DNA from: Octopus sinensis
Lineage: Eukaryota
Assembly (NCBI RefSeq): GCF_006345805.1
Contig: NC_043012.1
Span: forward strand, 41,850,001-41,914,000
DNA length: 64,000 bases
Direction: 5' to 3'
Shown: one piece after another, positions 26,015 to 39,142 of the stretch
Layout of the letters: each line of letters begins with the position of its first letter
Position numbering within the stretch: the stretch's first letter is position 1
Translations under genes and position numbers: made by a program
Notes under the pieces: generated by a model
Databases searched by the model: none
Seen by the model: only the letters and a program-made list of their open reading frames with translations
What the model was told of the DNA's origin: nothing

Positions 26015-28339
26015 CTACTTATATGCACTAAAAGTATGTTTTTGCCAATGCTTACATCTGTATGCTCGTTCTATAACCGTGTTTACTAGAGTATTTTTAG
26101 AAAAAATAATGAAAAATAGCTCAGAATTGCAGAGAAGACAGAATTTCTTGCCTTTGTCATATGGTATCGAAATTGAGAGGATCAACCATTCCAAATGAAA
26201 TTGTTCATTGTGGTCTTTTAAATTCCAAATCAGTTTGCTGAGACCGTACTATTCCGTTTATTTCTATCCCTAAATGTTGAGTAATGGATAGAAATTCTCT
26301 TAGATAACTCTAACGATGTGCTTCCAATGTAAAATCGTACTTTATTACGAGTACTGATTATACACTGGTATATAGAATTTTTAATCTTAGAGTTACTTGA
26401 CATAAATTTAATTCTATTGGGATTGACTTCAGATACAATAACCTTGTTATTAATATTTCTAGAGGGTTGGATGGTAGTAGCTAAATTAATGTTAGTATTA
26501 GTAAATGTATTAATATTTAAAAGTTTGTTATTATGAGAAGATATAATTTGCAAGAGATTTTTTGTGTTTGAAAAACCTATCCTAACCTTATGTGAATTAA
26601 TTATAGAGTAATATCTAGAATTATTTGGAAAATTCCTAGCAATAGCTTGACGAAACAGCAGTGGGAGATTAGATTTAATTTGTCTCCCGTAAGGAATTAT
26701 TAACCAAATATTTTTACTAGTATTCATAGCGTAATTACTTTTGAAGGTGTTATATTTACTTTTAGATCGGTAATAGGGGAATAAATAAGGGTTATCTGCC
26801 TTCATTCGCTTTTTATCGGTGCGTAAGTTATGTTTGTTATCAATAATTCTTTTACGACTAGAAATCTTATCTACATTATTGAATTTACAATTAGACTGAG
26901 CAGAATCAATGTAGAAAATTTTTTCTGTATAACCTGCTTTGATTAAAGCAGAGTTATAGAATTCAGCGTTATTATTGAAAATATCAGCATTAGCAGATAA
27001 TTTAGATAATCTAAATGAAATATTCTTAACTAAATTCTTAGTAATTGCTCCAGGATGATTACTAAATTTGCTAATGTACTTAAGATTGGTCAACGGTTTA
27101 TGATATGGGAAGTAAGAGTCACTGTGTAAATTAAGCGTAGTATCTAAAAAGTTGGCCTTCGTCAGATCGTCATCAAAAACGATTTTTAAGCCCATTCTAC
27201 TGAAAAAATTAACTAAACTGTTCTTAACTTTCTGTACCTTTTGGTTAGAAACATTTTGGAGGTAAAGTAAACAATCATCACGATATAGACCTCCATAAAT
27301 GTTAGGGAACTCTTCTGCCATTTCAAAAAGAATATATATACAGACCAAATCAGCTATCTGTGCTGAATCAGAACTTCCCATAGGTATATCGAAACTATCT
27401 GGTGTGTCTTTACGGACCCACAACTTATCATCAAATTAATAATAGATCTTCTGGCTGCCAACACAACATTAATTTCTTCTCGGGTGAGACCAGCTTTGTT
27501 ATGAGCAAGCCAAAGTGCCTTATTAAGTACTATTGGATTAATAGACGAATAAAAATTGGAAATATCAAACTGGATAAACTTCGTACTCACCTTACTGTTA
27601 ATAGACCTAAACCAGTCAACTACGTCAAATGAATTAGTCCATAAACTAAGTTTTAATGTTTTGATTAGATTAGGAATATATTTATCTAGTATATTTTTAC
27701 TAAGGATACCGATGTCAGAGCTAGAAGGGCAGATAAGCCTTAATGATGGGTTAGTAAAAAAATTGGTTTGTGATCCTTCAAAATAAACCTAGGTTGCTTA
27801 GGAACAAGTGGTTCTGTCTTCATTTGTAGGTTATATTTCTCCATGATTTTCATAGCCTCGAAGTTGGCTTTCTTAAGTATTCTTTTATCAGCAATTTTAT
27901 ACTTTTTCTGAATTTCTTTTTCAAGTAATTCCAAATAATAGTCTTTATAAAGTTTGTACAGATTTCCAGTCTTATCAGATTGAACCAACATAGTATCCAT
28001 AGAATTGATTTCTTTGGTAATGTTGCGAAGATACCTCAGATGTTTATTTCTTAGTGGTGACCGTTGAAATTTTACATTTCTCACAATGGACCAGAGATCA
28101 TCTTCAAATTGCTTCAACCTTGGGTTAGGCGGCGGACTATTTTTAGATTTAAATAACTTGCTGAACTCAGATGTTTTATCATTAGTGTGTTGTTGAGTGT
28201 CATTTTTGTCAAAGAAAAAGGTAAGCCATCTTATTCGGTTGATGAATGAATTAATCTTATTGACAAGTTGTTTAAGGAAAACATTCTGAGGTGGAATAGG
28301 AATGTCCTTAGGAGATGCGTTAATATTCAATAACTCCAT
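26015..28339 (-). CDS. PLE reverse transcriptase-GIY-YIG polyprotein (~775 aa after repairing three 1-nt deletions)
   Basis: MELLNIN...KSDKTGN-like QSDKTGN, QFDISNFYSSI, PMGSSDSAQIADLV, GLYRDDCL, FLD, IYQC...FYIGST...KRISIH, and C-terminal CLLCNSE...RCKHWQK. Frameshifts are near 27770, 27430 and 26245. Confidence 0.8.
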
Positions 28340-28588
28340 ATGCTGTAACTATTCAGTTAGCAGGTTATTAATAAACCTGATTAAAGTATTATAAATAGAT
28401 GAGTGTATTTTACCTTGTTAACAATTAACACGGATAAATGAATGAATAGTTACCAGGGCAGCAAAAATCTCACAAGTAAAGATGTTGTAACTCCTTGTTT
28501 ATAAAGGTTGAAACTTTGTGTTTACGTTGAATATTTGAATAATAGGAATAAAAAATGGAGTTAACGCAGGTTTAAACAAGTATTTTTT

Positions 28589-28673
28589 CTTTCTACATAT
28601 GTTTCAAAAATTCCACTGATACTTATTCAAAAGAATAAAAGGTATAAACAATGCAATCTTCTCTTCGGGAAAG
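28589..28673 (-). ncRNA. Hammerhead variant in the 5' pseudo-LTR
   Basis: Same motif sequence as 25729-25813. Confidence 0.7.
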
Positions 28674-29916
28674 TGAAAAAACGAAACTTGTCAATACGAC
28701 ATTTTAGCAAAAAATGATGGATTCGTATAGCGATAGACAGAACGCTATTAATATACATACATGCATATATATATACATACATATATATATATGTGTGTGT
28801 GTGTGTGTATGTGGGTGTGTGTATGTATGCATGTATGTGTGTTTATATATATATATATATATATACAGAGAGAGAGAGTGAGAGAGAGAAAGTGAGAGAC
28901 AGATATGTATGTATGCATACATTTATGTGTATGAGTGAAGTGCAGTGTGCATCTGTGTTAGTGCGCGCATGAATTTAAATTCAATACATGAATTCGTAAG
29001 TAGACTCTCTAAGAAACACGTTTAGAAAGCGCGCGAGAAGGCGGAGAGAAAGGAAAGGTCAGATACAGAGTGAGAACAATCAAATATCCAACACATTTTG
29101 CGGTTTCTTAAAGTTCATATCAATTCCTCTTTAGTCGGAGCCATGTGACCTATTGTCAAGCTTAGGTGAAAGATACACGAGTTCTTTATAAGATAATGAA
29201 AACATGCTAATTACGGTTGAAATTTGTGTGGGAAATGCACTGGTGAACTCTCTGTATAATGAATATATATATATATGCACGCGTGTGCCTGTGTGTATGT
29301 GTGTGTGTACGTACACACACACACACATTGTTGTAATGGAGCTCTTTTTATTAATTTATTGAAAACAATGCTCCAGCTAAGCCTTCGCTTCCTATGCATC
29401 TGGTTTACTTTTCCCGTGCAGCTTTTTAACCACAAACTGTTTCGTTTCCTGTTTTCGCAAATAGAAAAGATTTTTTTTTTTTGAGATTTTATTTTTTTCT
29501 ATAGTTGTTAAGTTTTTGTAAATTGAATTAAATGATATTTTATAAAGCAACATACTTTAAAAGTTCTATTATTTCTTTTAATTGCTCGAAAGAGCACTAC
29601 ATATACTTACTGCATCTCGCTGTTGTATAATTTGCGTCTAATTGCGTTCATTAAAATATTTGAACTCGCCCCTCAATACTAACGAAAAGCACTCGTCAAA
29701 TTTACAGCACATCCACGCTTTAGAGTCGTTGTTACTGTTGTTGATGTTATTGTTTAACCCCTGGTCAGCTCTGACCGAGTAAATATACGATAAAAGGCCT
29801 TCCGACGTTGTCGACCCATTGTCTTTTGTTTTTTTTTTTAATTGTACTGTAATGTAATTTGGTGCATTTATATTCTACTGGTATCCTTTTCCTTTTTTGA
29901 TATTGTTATTACTATT

Positions 29917-30449
29917 GAGTGAGAGAGCAGTGCATGCCATCAAAGTGACACTGGGGTAAAATATACAAAGCCCAGCATACCCATCATGACTACCCGTCTG
30001 ATAACGGTACACTAGGTACACGCATCACAACCATATGTGCGCGACATGGTGATCTCATATCAAGATAAACAGCGCATGACCTTGCAGGTGGGGCCCAGTT
30101 AGAATTTTCTTCAGGTTGAGTAGCCCATTCCACTCAAAAGGTCCTTGAATAAGGGTTGTTTATGATGAACAAATCACTCATGGTTCCAGAGGAGTATTAT
30201 TCAAACCCCAAAGAATTCCTCTCAACACACGGCTATGATGATTCCATGATTCTCCCACGGCTTCTGCTCGTGATCATCCACCAAAGAACAGGCTCAGCTG
30301 ATTAAGGTCATAACAACTGACAAGCAAATCTGGGGTATTGAGCAGAATTTTTGCTGTAATCCAGCTTTTATACTAAGACAAAACATGTGCACTTCCAATT
30401 AGTTAAGATCAGAAGCCATGAGAGCCACTGCCTGGTACCGCATCAGAGC

Positions 30450-30451
<2 letters not shown>
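29917..30451 (-). mobile_element. ~535 bp (TAA)n-associated non-coding repeat, second copy
   Basis: Same ends as 4419-4953, with ATT repeats on both sides. Confidence 0.8.
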
Positions 30452-30483
<32 letters not shown>

Positions 30484-30484
30484 G

Positions 30485-30532
<48 letters not shown>

Positions 30533-30534
30533 AC

Positions 30535-30730
30535 GCTGTGAGCTGGGAGAATCGTTAGCACGCCGGGTGAAATGTTTAGCGGTATTTCGTCTGTCTTTAT
30601 GTTCTGAGTTCAAATTCCGCTGGGGTAGAATTTGCTTTTCATCCTTTCGGGGTCGTTAAATTGAGTACTGGGGTCGATGCGATCGACTGTCCTCCTCTCC
30701 ACAAAATCCAGTCTATAGTAGAAACGATGA
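30535..30730 (+). mobile_element. SINE (family D)
   Basis: GAGCTGG.AGAATCGTTAGC...GAGTTCAAATTCCGC...TTCATCCTTTCGGGGTCG. Related copies lie at about 34140-34310, 39230-39420 (-), 40130-40280 (-), 43060-43200 (-) and 54990-55200. Confidence 0.75.
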
Positions 30731-30760
30731 AATTATTATTATTATTATATTATTATTATT

Positions 30761-32148
30761 TTCATTAGCATCTTTCGATTCTGTTTCCATTTCTTGCCGA
30801 GTGTCTTCCTGACACAAAGGGCAGAGAAGCGTACTGTATACATTGGTAGGCCATTAAACAAACACACCAGATTATTCATTCACAGAGTCATGTGACAGAG
30901 AAAAGGGGAAAGACAGAAAGAAAAAGGAAAAAATAAAAACAATGAAAAGTAAACAAATAAAATAAAGTGGGAGTGGGAGGAAAGACAATTCACAGCAACA
31001 ATGCTCTTCTCAATACGTGTGACCAGTTACCAATGCATGGATGGTAAGCCAGGGATCATTCGTAAATAATTTTCAATTCCTTTTATAATCATTCCAAGTG
31101 CTCCTACATTCACTGGTATTGTAACCGTCCTGAGATACCACACCTTTTCAATTTCGATTACCAAATATTTATATTTTCCGAGCTTTTCAAATTCTTTTGC
31201 TGAGATGTTGTGGTCACAGGATTTGCTCATGTCAATCAATAAACAGACTTTATTGCTTTGGTCTTTCACAACAATATCTGGTTTATTTGTTTTGATGGTC
31301 TGGTCTGTACATACTGCAAAGTCTCAAAGAATAGTTACGTTTTCTCCCTCAGTTACAACCTCAGAGTGGTGCTTGTACCATTTGTCAGCAGTTTTGATTT
31401 TATAATACCGACACATTTTCCAATGGAGATATTGTCCAGATTTGTCATGTATTGATTTGTACTCTCCAAGTCCTAAAACCTTACACCTAGAGATTAGGTA
31501 GTCCACTGTTTCTATCCCATCGTTGCAGTATCGGAACTTTGGGTCTACTCCATTTTTCATCACATTGGCTTGATACTTCCGAGTCAATAAGCTCTGATCT
31601 TGAGCAGGCAAGATAAAGCCTTCACTCCCTGCCTATAGCCCGGAGCTCTGTAGCCACTGATGGGCGTGCTTCTCGTGTTCATCAGCTTGTTTGTCACGGG
31701 CCACATATTTGTCATGTTCTTCCCACCAATCAGTTCGAGCGTATTTTGCTTTGCAATTGATTTCACCTTTTCAACTGCACTTCCATCATGCTGTTCAACC
31801 TGGATATCATGCATAAACTCACTTGAAAATTTTTGGCTTTCCTTCATAACTGAATGAAGCTTCTTATGTCTATCATGGTTTTCAACGAGTCGTTAGATGT
31901 TTCAAGATATTTTACCAGTCCAATTGTGGTGATTTTGTAAAAGATTTCAAATTGGATCAATCCTCGACTTCCTTGAGCTCTGGGTAGGTAAAGACGATCT
32001 GCCTCTGCCTTTGGGTGGTGCATTTTATTGCAAGTCAGCAGCTTACGGATTTTCCAGTCAATCTTCCTTATTTCGCTCATATTCCAGTTCAACACATTGA
32101 AAATGTAAATAACAAACCGGAACTACTAAGGAATTTATACCTAACACC

Positions 32149-32153
<5 letters not shown>
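30761..32153 (-). mobile_element. R4/Dong-like LINE, 5'-truncated and degraded
   Basis: CRYCNDGIETVDYLISRC, LHWKMC, CLLIDMS...KLGKYKYL...IPVNVGALG (restriction-like endonuclease). (ATT)n lies at both ends. It is the same family as 45056-49420. Confidence 0.88.
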
Positions 32154-32223
<70 letters not shown>

Positions 32224-32291
32224 GTTTGTTTCATTTATATATATTTATGTGTGTGTGTGTGTGTAAAAACCATAATTATATCTATTTTCAG

Positions 32292-32357
32292 ACTTACATC
32301 GCCGATGTCCTGGTGTCAGTTAACCCTTTCCAACCACTCGACTGCTACACCAATGAG
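32292..32357 (+). CDS. Myosin motor gene, exon a (TYIADVLVSVNPFQPLDCYTNE)
   Basis: ttttcag acceptor and GTACGT donor; phase 0/0; matches the TYxGDILIAVNPF motif. Confidence 0.9.
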
Positions 32358-32829
32358 GTACGTAAAAGAATATTCTTTCTAAAGAACTGCCATACACCAC
32401 ATGAACATATAAAAAAAAAGTTACAAATTACATGAACATATATAAACAGAAGATACAAATATTACAGGCATCCCCCACATACACACATTAAATAAACATA
32501 AACACACATAGAGATATAAGCATGCGCAAATGAAGACATACAATAGAAATACAAAATGGCTGACGGTTAGTAAGGAGAGACACAAATAAGTAAGAAGAAA
32601 ACAAACAAAGGACCACTGATGCGGTCACAGGAGTGTGACGAAAGAACTCTGGCCGAAATAAGATTAAGATTAATGTAAAAAATAAATAACACTGAAGCAA
32701 AGTAACACCAAATATATAGTGCGTGTGTTTTTATTGGCTAAACTGGCAAAATGACCATTCCGAAATATAACAATATCTGTTTCAACACACGACTTCACAT
32801 AAAAAATCTTGCACAACAAATATTTAAAC

Positions 32830-32984
<155 letters not shown>

Positions 32985-32988
32985 TATA

Positions 32989-33025
<37 letters not shown>

Positions 33026-34394
33026 GTGTGTGTGTGTGTGTTCTAAACAAATCTGTCCGACGAACGGGAACGTGAAACTCTGAGTAACAGTTTTTGTGAT
33101 ATTTTTGCTGGTTTTTAATAAAGTATATGTATATAAACGGGAAAATACGTCCATATAGAGATAAGATGTTCCAGAGGACACAGTATTAGATGGGTTATTT
33201 ATTCCCCCATCATCGTAGCTTCGCCATTTCCTTGTGCTTGTAGATCCTTGTGTTTATGGATCCGTTGTGCCTTAATCCCTTCCATTGGAAATCGCATACT
33301 GTACCATTCATGCGCGTTATTTCTGCCTCAGACCTATCATTCTTTTTCTTACGGAGAGAACTTTGATCGATTTCTGTAGCAAATTAGATTGGTTTGCAAT
33401 GTCCTGAGGTCAGCCCTTCTCATAACTAAATGTTCAGCTCTTAAAGTCCTCAAGTGTTTAGCATGCATTTATATATTTTTCTGTTTATGCATCGGACATG
33501 AGTGCCACTACATCACCTCACAATCGATCTAAGTAGTGGATCATTACAGAAACCAAAGGATGAGTCCAGACTCGCGTCAATATAGCGTTTGGCCTTAGCT
33601 CTGTCTCGGATCCCAGAACTCATGAGGCCCGACACCAAATTTCTATCGCAAGTAAGTAATCGAGATCGCAACACTCTCCTGTAACCACACCAACCCTGAA
33701 TAGGACGTCTTTCTATCGCAATATTAACTTCCCTGCTATTCTTGGACGCTATTTACAGCTAAGTCAACTGAAGCAACGTGAAATGATGTATTTTGCACAA
33801 GCATGCAACCCTCCACTCAGTTTTGGAATTGAAACAACTATCTTACAATCGTAACACCTCCATCCTCTGCGCCAAGCACCTTCACGTTAAATGGGAACCC
33901 TTTCATAAATGAAAGAAACAACCTCCACATAAATCAACGAAGAATCCTCTATAAAAACTTACAGGAGCAGCCCCTACACAAGCAGGTACAATGGCTAGCA
34001 GAGGACCTCTTCCAACACGATTCAAGAAAGCTTCTTTTGTAGTTAATTAATTGATCTCATTATGAGGGGGCAAATTATTACAGAATCGGTAGAGCAATCA
34101 ATGACACGTTTGTGGCGTTAGTTACATTCCTTTACGTACTGATACAAGGGTGGCAGATTCGTTAGAGTGCCGGATAAAATGTTTAGCTGTATTTCTTTCG
34201 ATTCATTAAGCTCGGAGTTTAAACTCCGCCAAAGTCAACTTTGGTTTTCATACTTTTGACGTTGAGAAAGTAAATACTAGTTGAGCACTGGGGTGGGGTG
34301 GGGGATCTAATCAATTTTTTTTCTTCCCATCAGAATAACTTGCTTTGTGCCCCAAACAAGACGGAATAATAATTCAAAAATTTTGTCTTTTCAG

Positions 34395-34625
34395 ATTCAC
34401 GAAAGTTATAAGAATTTGCAAATACGAAGCTCTTTGGAACCACATATTTTCTGGTTGGCTGACAATGCGTACCAAAAAATGCGAGAGACCGGCCGAGTGC
34501 AGTGCATTCTGGTTAGCGGTCTATCTGGTTCCGGTAAAACGGAAAGTACAAAACACATGATCCGACACATCTCTAAACAGAGTACATCCAGTAGCCAACA
34601 ACAGTTGGCCAATAAAATCACCGAG
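34395..34625 (+). CDS. Myosin motor gene, exon b (P-loop)
   Basis: PHIFWLADNAY...QCILVSGLSGSGKTESTK; AG/GT boundaries; 77 codons. Confidence 0.95.
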
Positions 34626-35511
34626 GTAAATTAACAGAGGCTTTTTTTTACAAAATTGCGTTCAAGTTTCTCCTTGTCCACGTTTTTGGGATCGGGGCTG
34701 TTTGCAATATTAACCGACAAGGACTTAATTTTATCAACAACCGTATTCGCTTCAGTGGTCACAGGGTGGGAGCTCGCAAAGGTCACGGCTTTCCTCTCGT
34801 CTTCCTCCTCCCTTCTTCCTCTCTGCCTCTTCAAATTAAAGAATAAAATAAATATACCTATATATTTGCGTGTGTGTGTTATTGCATTTACGTACATGTA
34901 TTCATTTTCACAGACAGAGGGAGATGAGGTTGCACACATACAGGCACATATACAAAACTAAACATAAAGATAGATAACAGAAATATATGTGCATTCGTGC
35001 ACACACACACACACACACAACAGCGGGGCAGGGACTACCAACAGAATCTGCGCCATATCAACCATGCTAGACTCAACAGCATTAATTGGAACTCTTCCTC
35101 ACACTCCGTCTCTCGATTTGATCGATAGCCGTTGATTCCTTATTAAGTTCATGTGCCATAATTAAACAAGCTTTTCGAAACGTTTCAAGCTGTCGCATTT
35201 TGGACACACCAAGGCGATGTCGTGGAGGAGTGTTGCCTGTTTGCTGGTTTAGTCACTAACGAACCGATTATAAAACAAGTTGTATTGGCTTACACAATTC
35301 CCAGTGATAAGCCATTTTGCAGTGTACCCCTGCAATAAAGAAGGACCTCAATACAAGTGTTGGAATCTAACTACTCCCCCTGTTCTTAACAGGGCATAAG
35401 AAAATAAATTAAATTGGTTTTGAAAGAAAATGTAGAAAATCCTGCAGGGTATATTTTTTGAATTTGCAGAAAGAACTGAATGTCATTAATTTTTATTCTT
35501 CTATTAAACAG

Positions 35512-35626
35512 GTCAACCCTCTTTTGGAAGCTTTTGGTAATGCCAAGACAATCATGAATGACAACTCCAGCAGGTTTGGTAAATATCTCGAGATGAAATT
35601 TACGCAGGAAGGAAACCTCATTGGTG
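35512..35626 (+). CDS. Myosin motor gene, exon c (switch I)
   Basis: [30 protein letters not shown]; ends in phase 1, matching the next exon. Confidence 0.95.
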
Positions 35627-35691
35627 GTAGGTGTCACATTAACATGCATATATGCGAACGTAAACATACACGTATACATACACACATATAT

Positions 35692-36106
35692 AACAAATTA
35701 AAAGGGTGGCTTATTAGCAATTAGAACCTAATGGCAAAATTAATAGAAGTCAGAAAAGTGACGGGGAGTACTGGTCAGCACTGCTTATGCTAAAATAAGT
35801 TAAATTAACACTAAAGACAATAAGGCACTATATTTAATGACTGATAAAGGGAGGTAAGACCCTAGCGTAGATAGCCGAATTGCAATTTCGAATGTTGATG
35901 TAGAACACCTTGACTCTCATCAGCGGCTCTTAACGCCCAGGCTTAAGCTGAACTTCCCTTGTCCATCTCATAAGAAACAGTTGAAATCATATGCTGATTT
36001 TCAAAGCAATGAAAGTGTAAGCAACAAATTAAAAGAGTGGCTTATTAAACTGAATTAATTTTGCCTTTAGGTTCTAATTGCTAATAAGCCATCCTTTTAA
36101 TTTGTT
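35692..36106. mobile_element. MITE-like element with ~53 bp terminal inverted repeats
   Basis: 35692-35744 is the reverse complement of 36054-36106. An extra direct copy of the terminal 25 bp lies at about 36023. Confidence 0.65.
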
Positions 36107-36119
36107 GTTTACACTTATA

Positions 36120-36512
36120 GGCGTAGGAGTGGCTGTGTGGTAAGTAGCTTGCTTACCGACCACATGGTTCCGGGTTCAGTCCCACTACGTGACACCTTGG
36201 GCAAGTATCTTCTACTATAGCCTCGGGCCGACCAAAGCCTTGTGAGTGGATTTGGTAGACGGAAACTGAAAGAAGCCCGTCGTATATATGTATATGTATG
36301 TGTGTGTATGTGTTTGTGTGTCTGTGTTTGTCCCCCAACATCGTTTGACAACCGATGCTGGTGTGTTTACGTCCCCGTAACTTAGCCGTTCGGCAATAGA
36401 ATAAGTACTAGGCTTACAAAGAATAAATCCTGAGGTCGATATGTTCGACTAAAGGTGGTGCTCCAGCATGGCCACAGTCAAATGACTGAAACAAGTCAAA
36501 GAGTAAAAGAGT
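36120..36512 (+). mobile_element. tRNA-derived SINE (family A)
   Basis: GGAGTGGCTGTGTGGTAAG...GGTTCAGTCCC head and (GAGTAAAA)-type tail. Confidence 0.88.
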
Positions 36513-37537
36513 AGAGATATGTATAATATTCTTATTTATTATATTATAGTATAATTATATCATAATGTTAATAAATTTAAAATAGGTCATCGTATATCTC
36601 AACTTTCTTTTAATCTTAATACATTGAAAACATACAATTTTGGGTTGTGATAAATTTTTCTGTACAATATTGTGGTATTCAACTGAAGAACAAATGGAAA
36701 ATAGGATGTTTTCCATCCATTTAAAGGAAACTTTACCATTGCAGGTAATATCCAACCAAACTTCACAGTTTGCCCCATCTGCCAGTGCAAAAACAAATCC
36801 TGTACAAGAACGATTAAATAAAGAAAATTTATTTATCGAAAAATACAGACCACTCCTAAAAATGAACGCATAACCGACTTTGGTCTTAGTATATATTTTA
36901 ATCCATGATCACACACCCATCACTGTACATATTCCATGTCAATACTTTAGCTTTGAGATTTTGTATATTTATTTATCTCCCCCCCCCCCACCACCACCAC
37001 ACTAAAAAAATATGCAACTACCTCCCCCGTCCCGAATATTAACGATCACTAATTATCTTCCCTGAGATGTTTCTACTTGTTGATTCATTCACAAACTTCC
37101 TTCCAAGAACATGGACTAAAATCTTCTTGAGATAATACGAAATTGCAATAATCTCATTTTTTATTCTGCTCTCAGATATATGTATGAATGCGTGTATGTA
37201 CGATGTGTGAGTGTGTGTGTGATTAAAAGCTTGCATATGACAGAAGCTACACGATGTAATATATATGTGTGAAAATTTGGATATATAAGATATCATAAGG
37301 TGGCGAATTGGTATAGTTGATAGATCGTGATACAGAATGCCACACATCATTTGTTCCGAATCTTTGTGTTGCAAGTTCAAATCTCTCCGATACCAACTTT
37401 ACTTTTCGGGACCGATAAAATAAAATAGCAGTCAGGTAACTCTCAATCGATGTTTTCGTGTATATGTAGACGCTGAAAAATCCTGATCTTGAGCCTAAAT
37501 AAAAAGCGACACCTATATGTTGTTTTATGTATTTCAG

Positions 37538-37685
37538 CCCAAATTCAGGATTTCTTGCTGGAGAAGACACGCGTTATTCAACAAAGCTGTAGAGAAAAGA
37601 ACTTTCATATATTTTACTACATGTTTGCTGGAATGACAAACAACGAACTGAGTGATTATTTTCTCAAATCACCGGAAGATTTCAG
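37538..37685 (+). CDS. Myosin motor gene, exon d
   Basis: AQIQDFLLEKTRV...EKNFHIFYYMFAG; phase 1/2. Confidence 0.93.
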
Positions 37686-37768
37686 GTTTGTAATTACCTC
37701 TCTAATTAGATTTCCCATTTTTTCTCCCTATGTATACGTGTATGTGTGTGTGTTGTGTGTGTGTGTGT

Positions 37769-37807
<39 letters not shown>

Positions 37808-38025
37808 TGTGTGTGTGTGTGAAAGTTAAGTACAAGTCAAATACTAGTGTTGATATAATCGGCTAAAAATGGGTGACACCATCCATCACTACCATTATCA
37901 TCATCACATTCATAATCAATGATGCAAGCTGGCAGAACTTTTAGCACATAAGGCAAAATAATTATTGTTGTTGATGTTGTTGTTGTTATTATTTATTTAT
38001 TTATTTATCTATTTCTTTATTATAG

Positions 38026-38146
38026 AATCCTCCATAATGAAAACAAGAAACAACCCATCTACGGCGGGATCGAAGACTTCGAACACAACAAATTCATGTT
38101 CCATAAACAACTGACTTTGCTAAAAGTGGTGGGATTCACTGATTGG
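38026..38146 (+). CDS. Myosin motor gene, exon e
   Basis: RILHNENKKQPIYGG...LKVVGFTDW; tatag acceptor and GTAAGA donor; phase 2/0. Confidence 0.85.
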
Positions 38147-38379
38147 GTAAGATTGGGGATCACTGGTGTTGTTGATGCTGTTGTTTAGCCCTGGGTCAGG
38201 ATTTTGCGAGTAAACCTGCTTTGAAAGATATTTGAGCAGGAACTCCAGCCGTTACGTTTATATTCGTACATAGTGTATCTAGGACTACATTACAAAATGT
38301 GTAATTGACAGCACTCCTGTTCTAAAACATGTAACCTTGTGCCTATGTTAAACTTAGCAGTAGCAGTAGCAGCAGCAGC

Positions 38380-38436
<57 letters not shown>

Positions 38437-38872
38437 TGCTGGTGTTGTTGATGTTATTGTTGTTTAGCCGTAAGTTATCCTTCATTCATACCAATTATCA
38501 ACAATGTTCCAGCCATGACCATCTTGGTGATTTTTAGACAATCAATATCTAGGACTGCATTATACAATGTATCTTTTAAGATGTAGCAGATCAAGCAACC
38601 TTGTAAAGGCAATTAGTTGTCTCGCTGACGTTGATACTGTGGACTGACAGAATCGGTAGAGCAGCGAACAAAATAGTTTGCGGTATTCCTTTGCGCTCGT
38701 TTCTCGTTCGTGCAAATCCCAACAAAGACAACTTTACCGTTTAGCCTTCCAAGTGAAAATCCAATAAAATGAAGTACAAGTCAAGTACTGGAATGAATGT
38801 AAAGTAATGCTGGAGTGTATATCTTCGCCTGTTACTTGCCCACAAAATATGAGGCATTGGGACTGTGCGTGC

Positions 38873-38937
<65 letters not shown>

Positions 38938-39024
38938 TGAGTGAGTGTGTGCGTGTGAGGTATTAGAAATCAAAGCCGATTTTACTGTTTTGATTGATGT
39001 TATTTTTGTTTTGACCCCACACAG

Positions 39025-39142
39025 GAAATCTCCATAATTTTCACTTTACTCGCCTCTGTCCTCCATATTACCAATATCTCATTCTCCAAAGTCGAAGACA
39101 CTGATTCTGTGACTATTGCAGACAGAATGTCTTTACATCACG
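39025..39142 (+). CDS. Myosin motor gene, exon f
   Basis: EISIIFTLLASVLHITNISF...; GTAAGC donor; phase 0/1. Confidence 0.9.

Larger units (their letters stand above)
25684..28754 (-). mobile_element. Full-length Penelope-like element with 211 bp direct pseudo-LTRs
   Basis: The repeats 25684-25894 and 28544-28754 show one difference that I could see. They enclose an RT and GIY-YIG coding region and are flanked by TA-rich tracts. Confidence 0.92.

Noticed and set aside
21597-28339. Selenocysteine recoding in the Naiad-type elements
   Set aside because: The conserved Cys codons I checked are TGT/TGC, and I found no convincing SECIS in the 3' UTRs.
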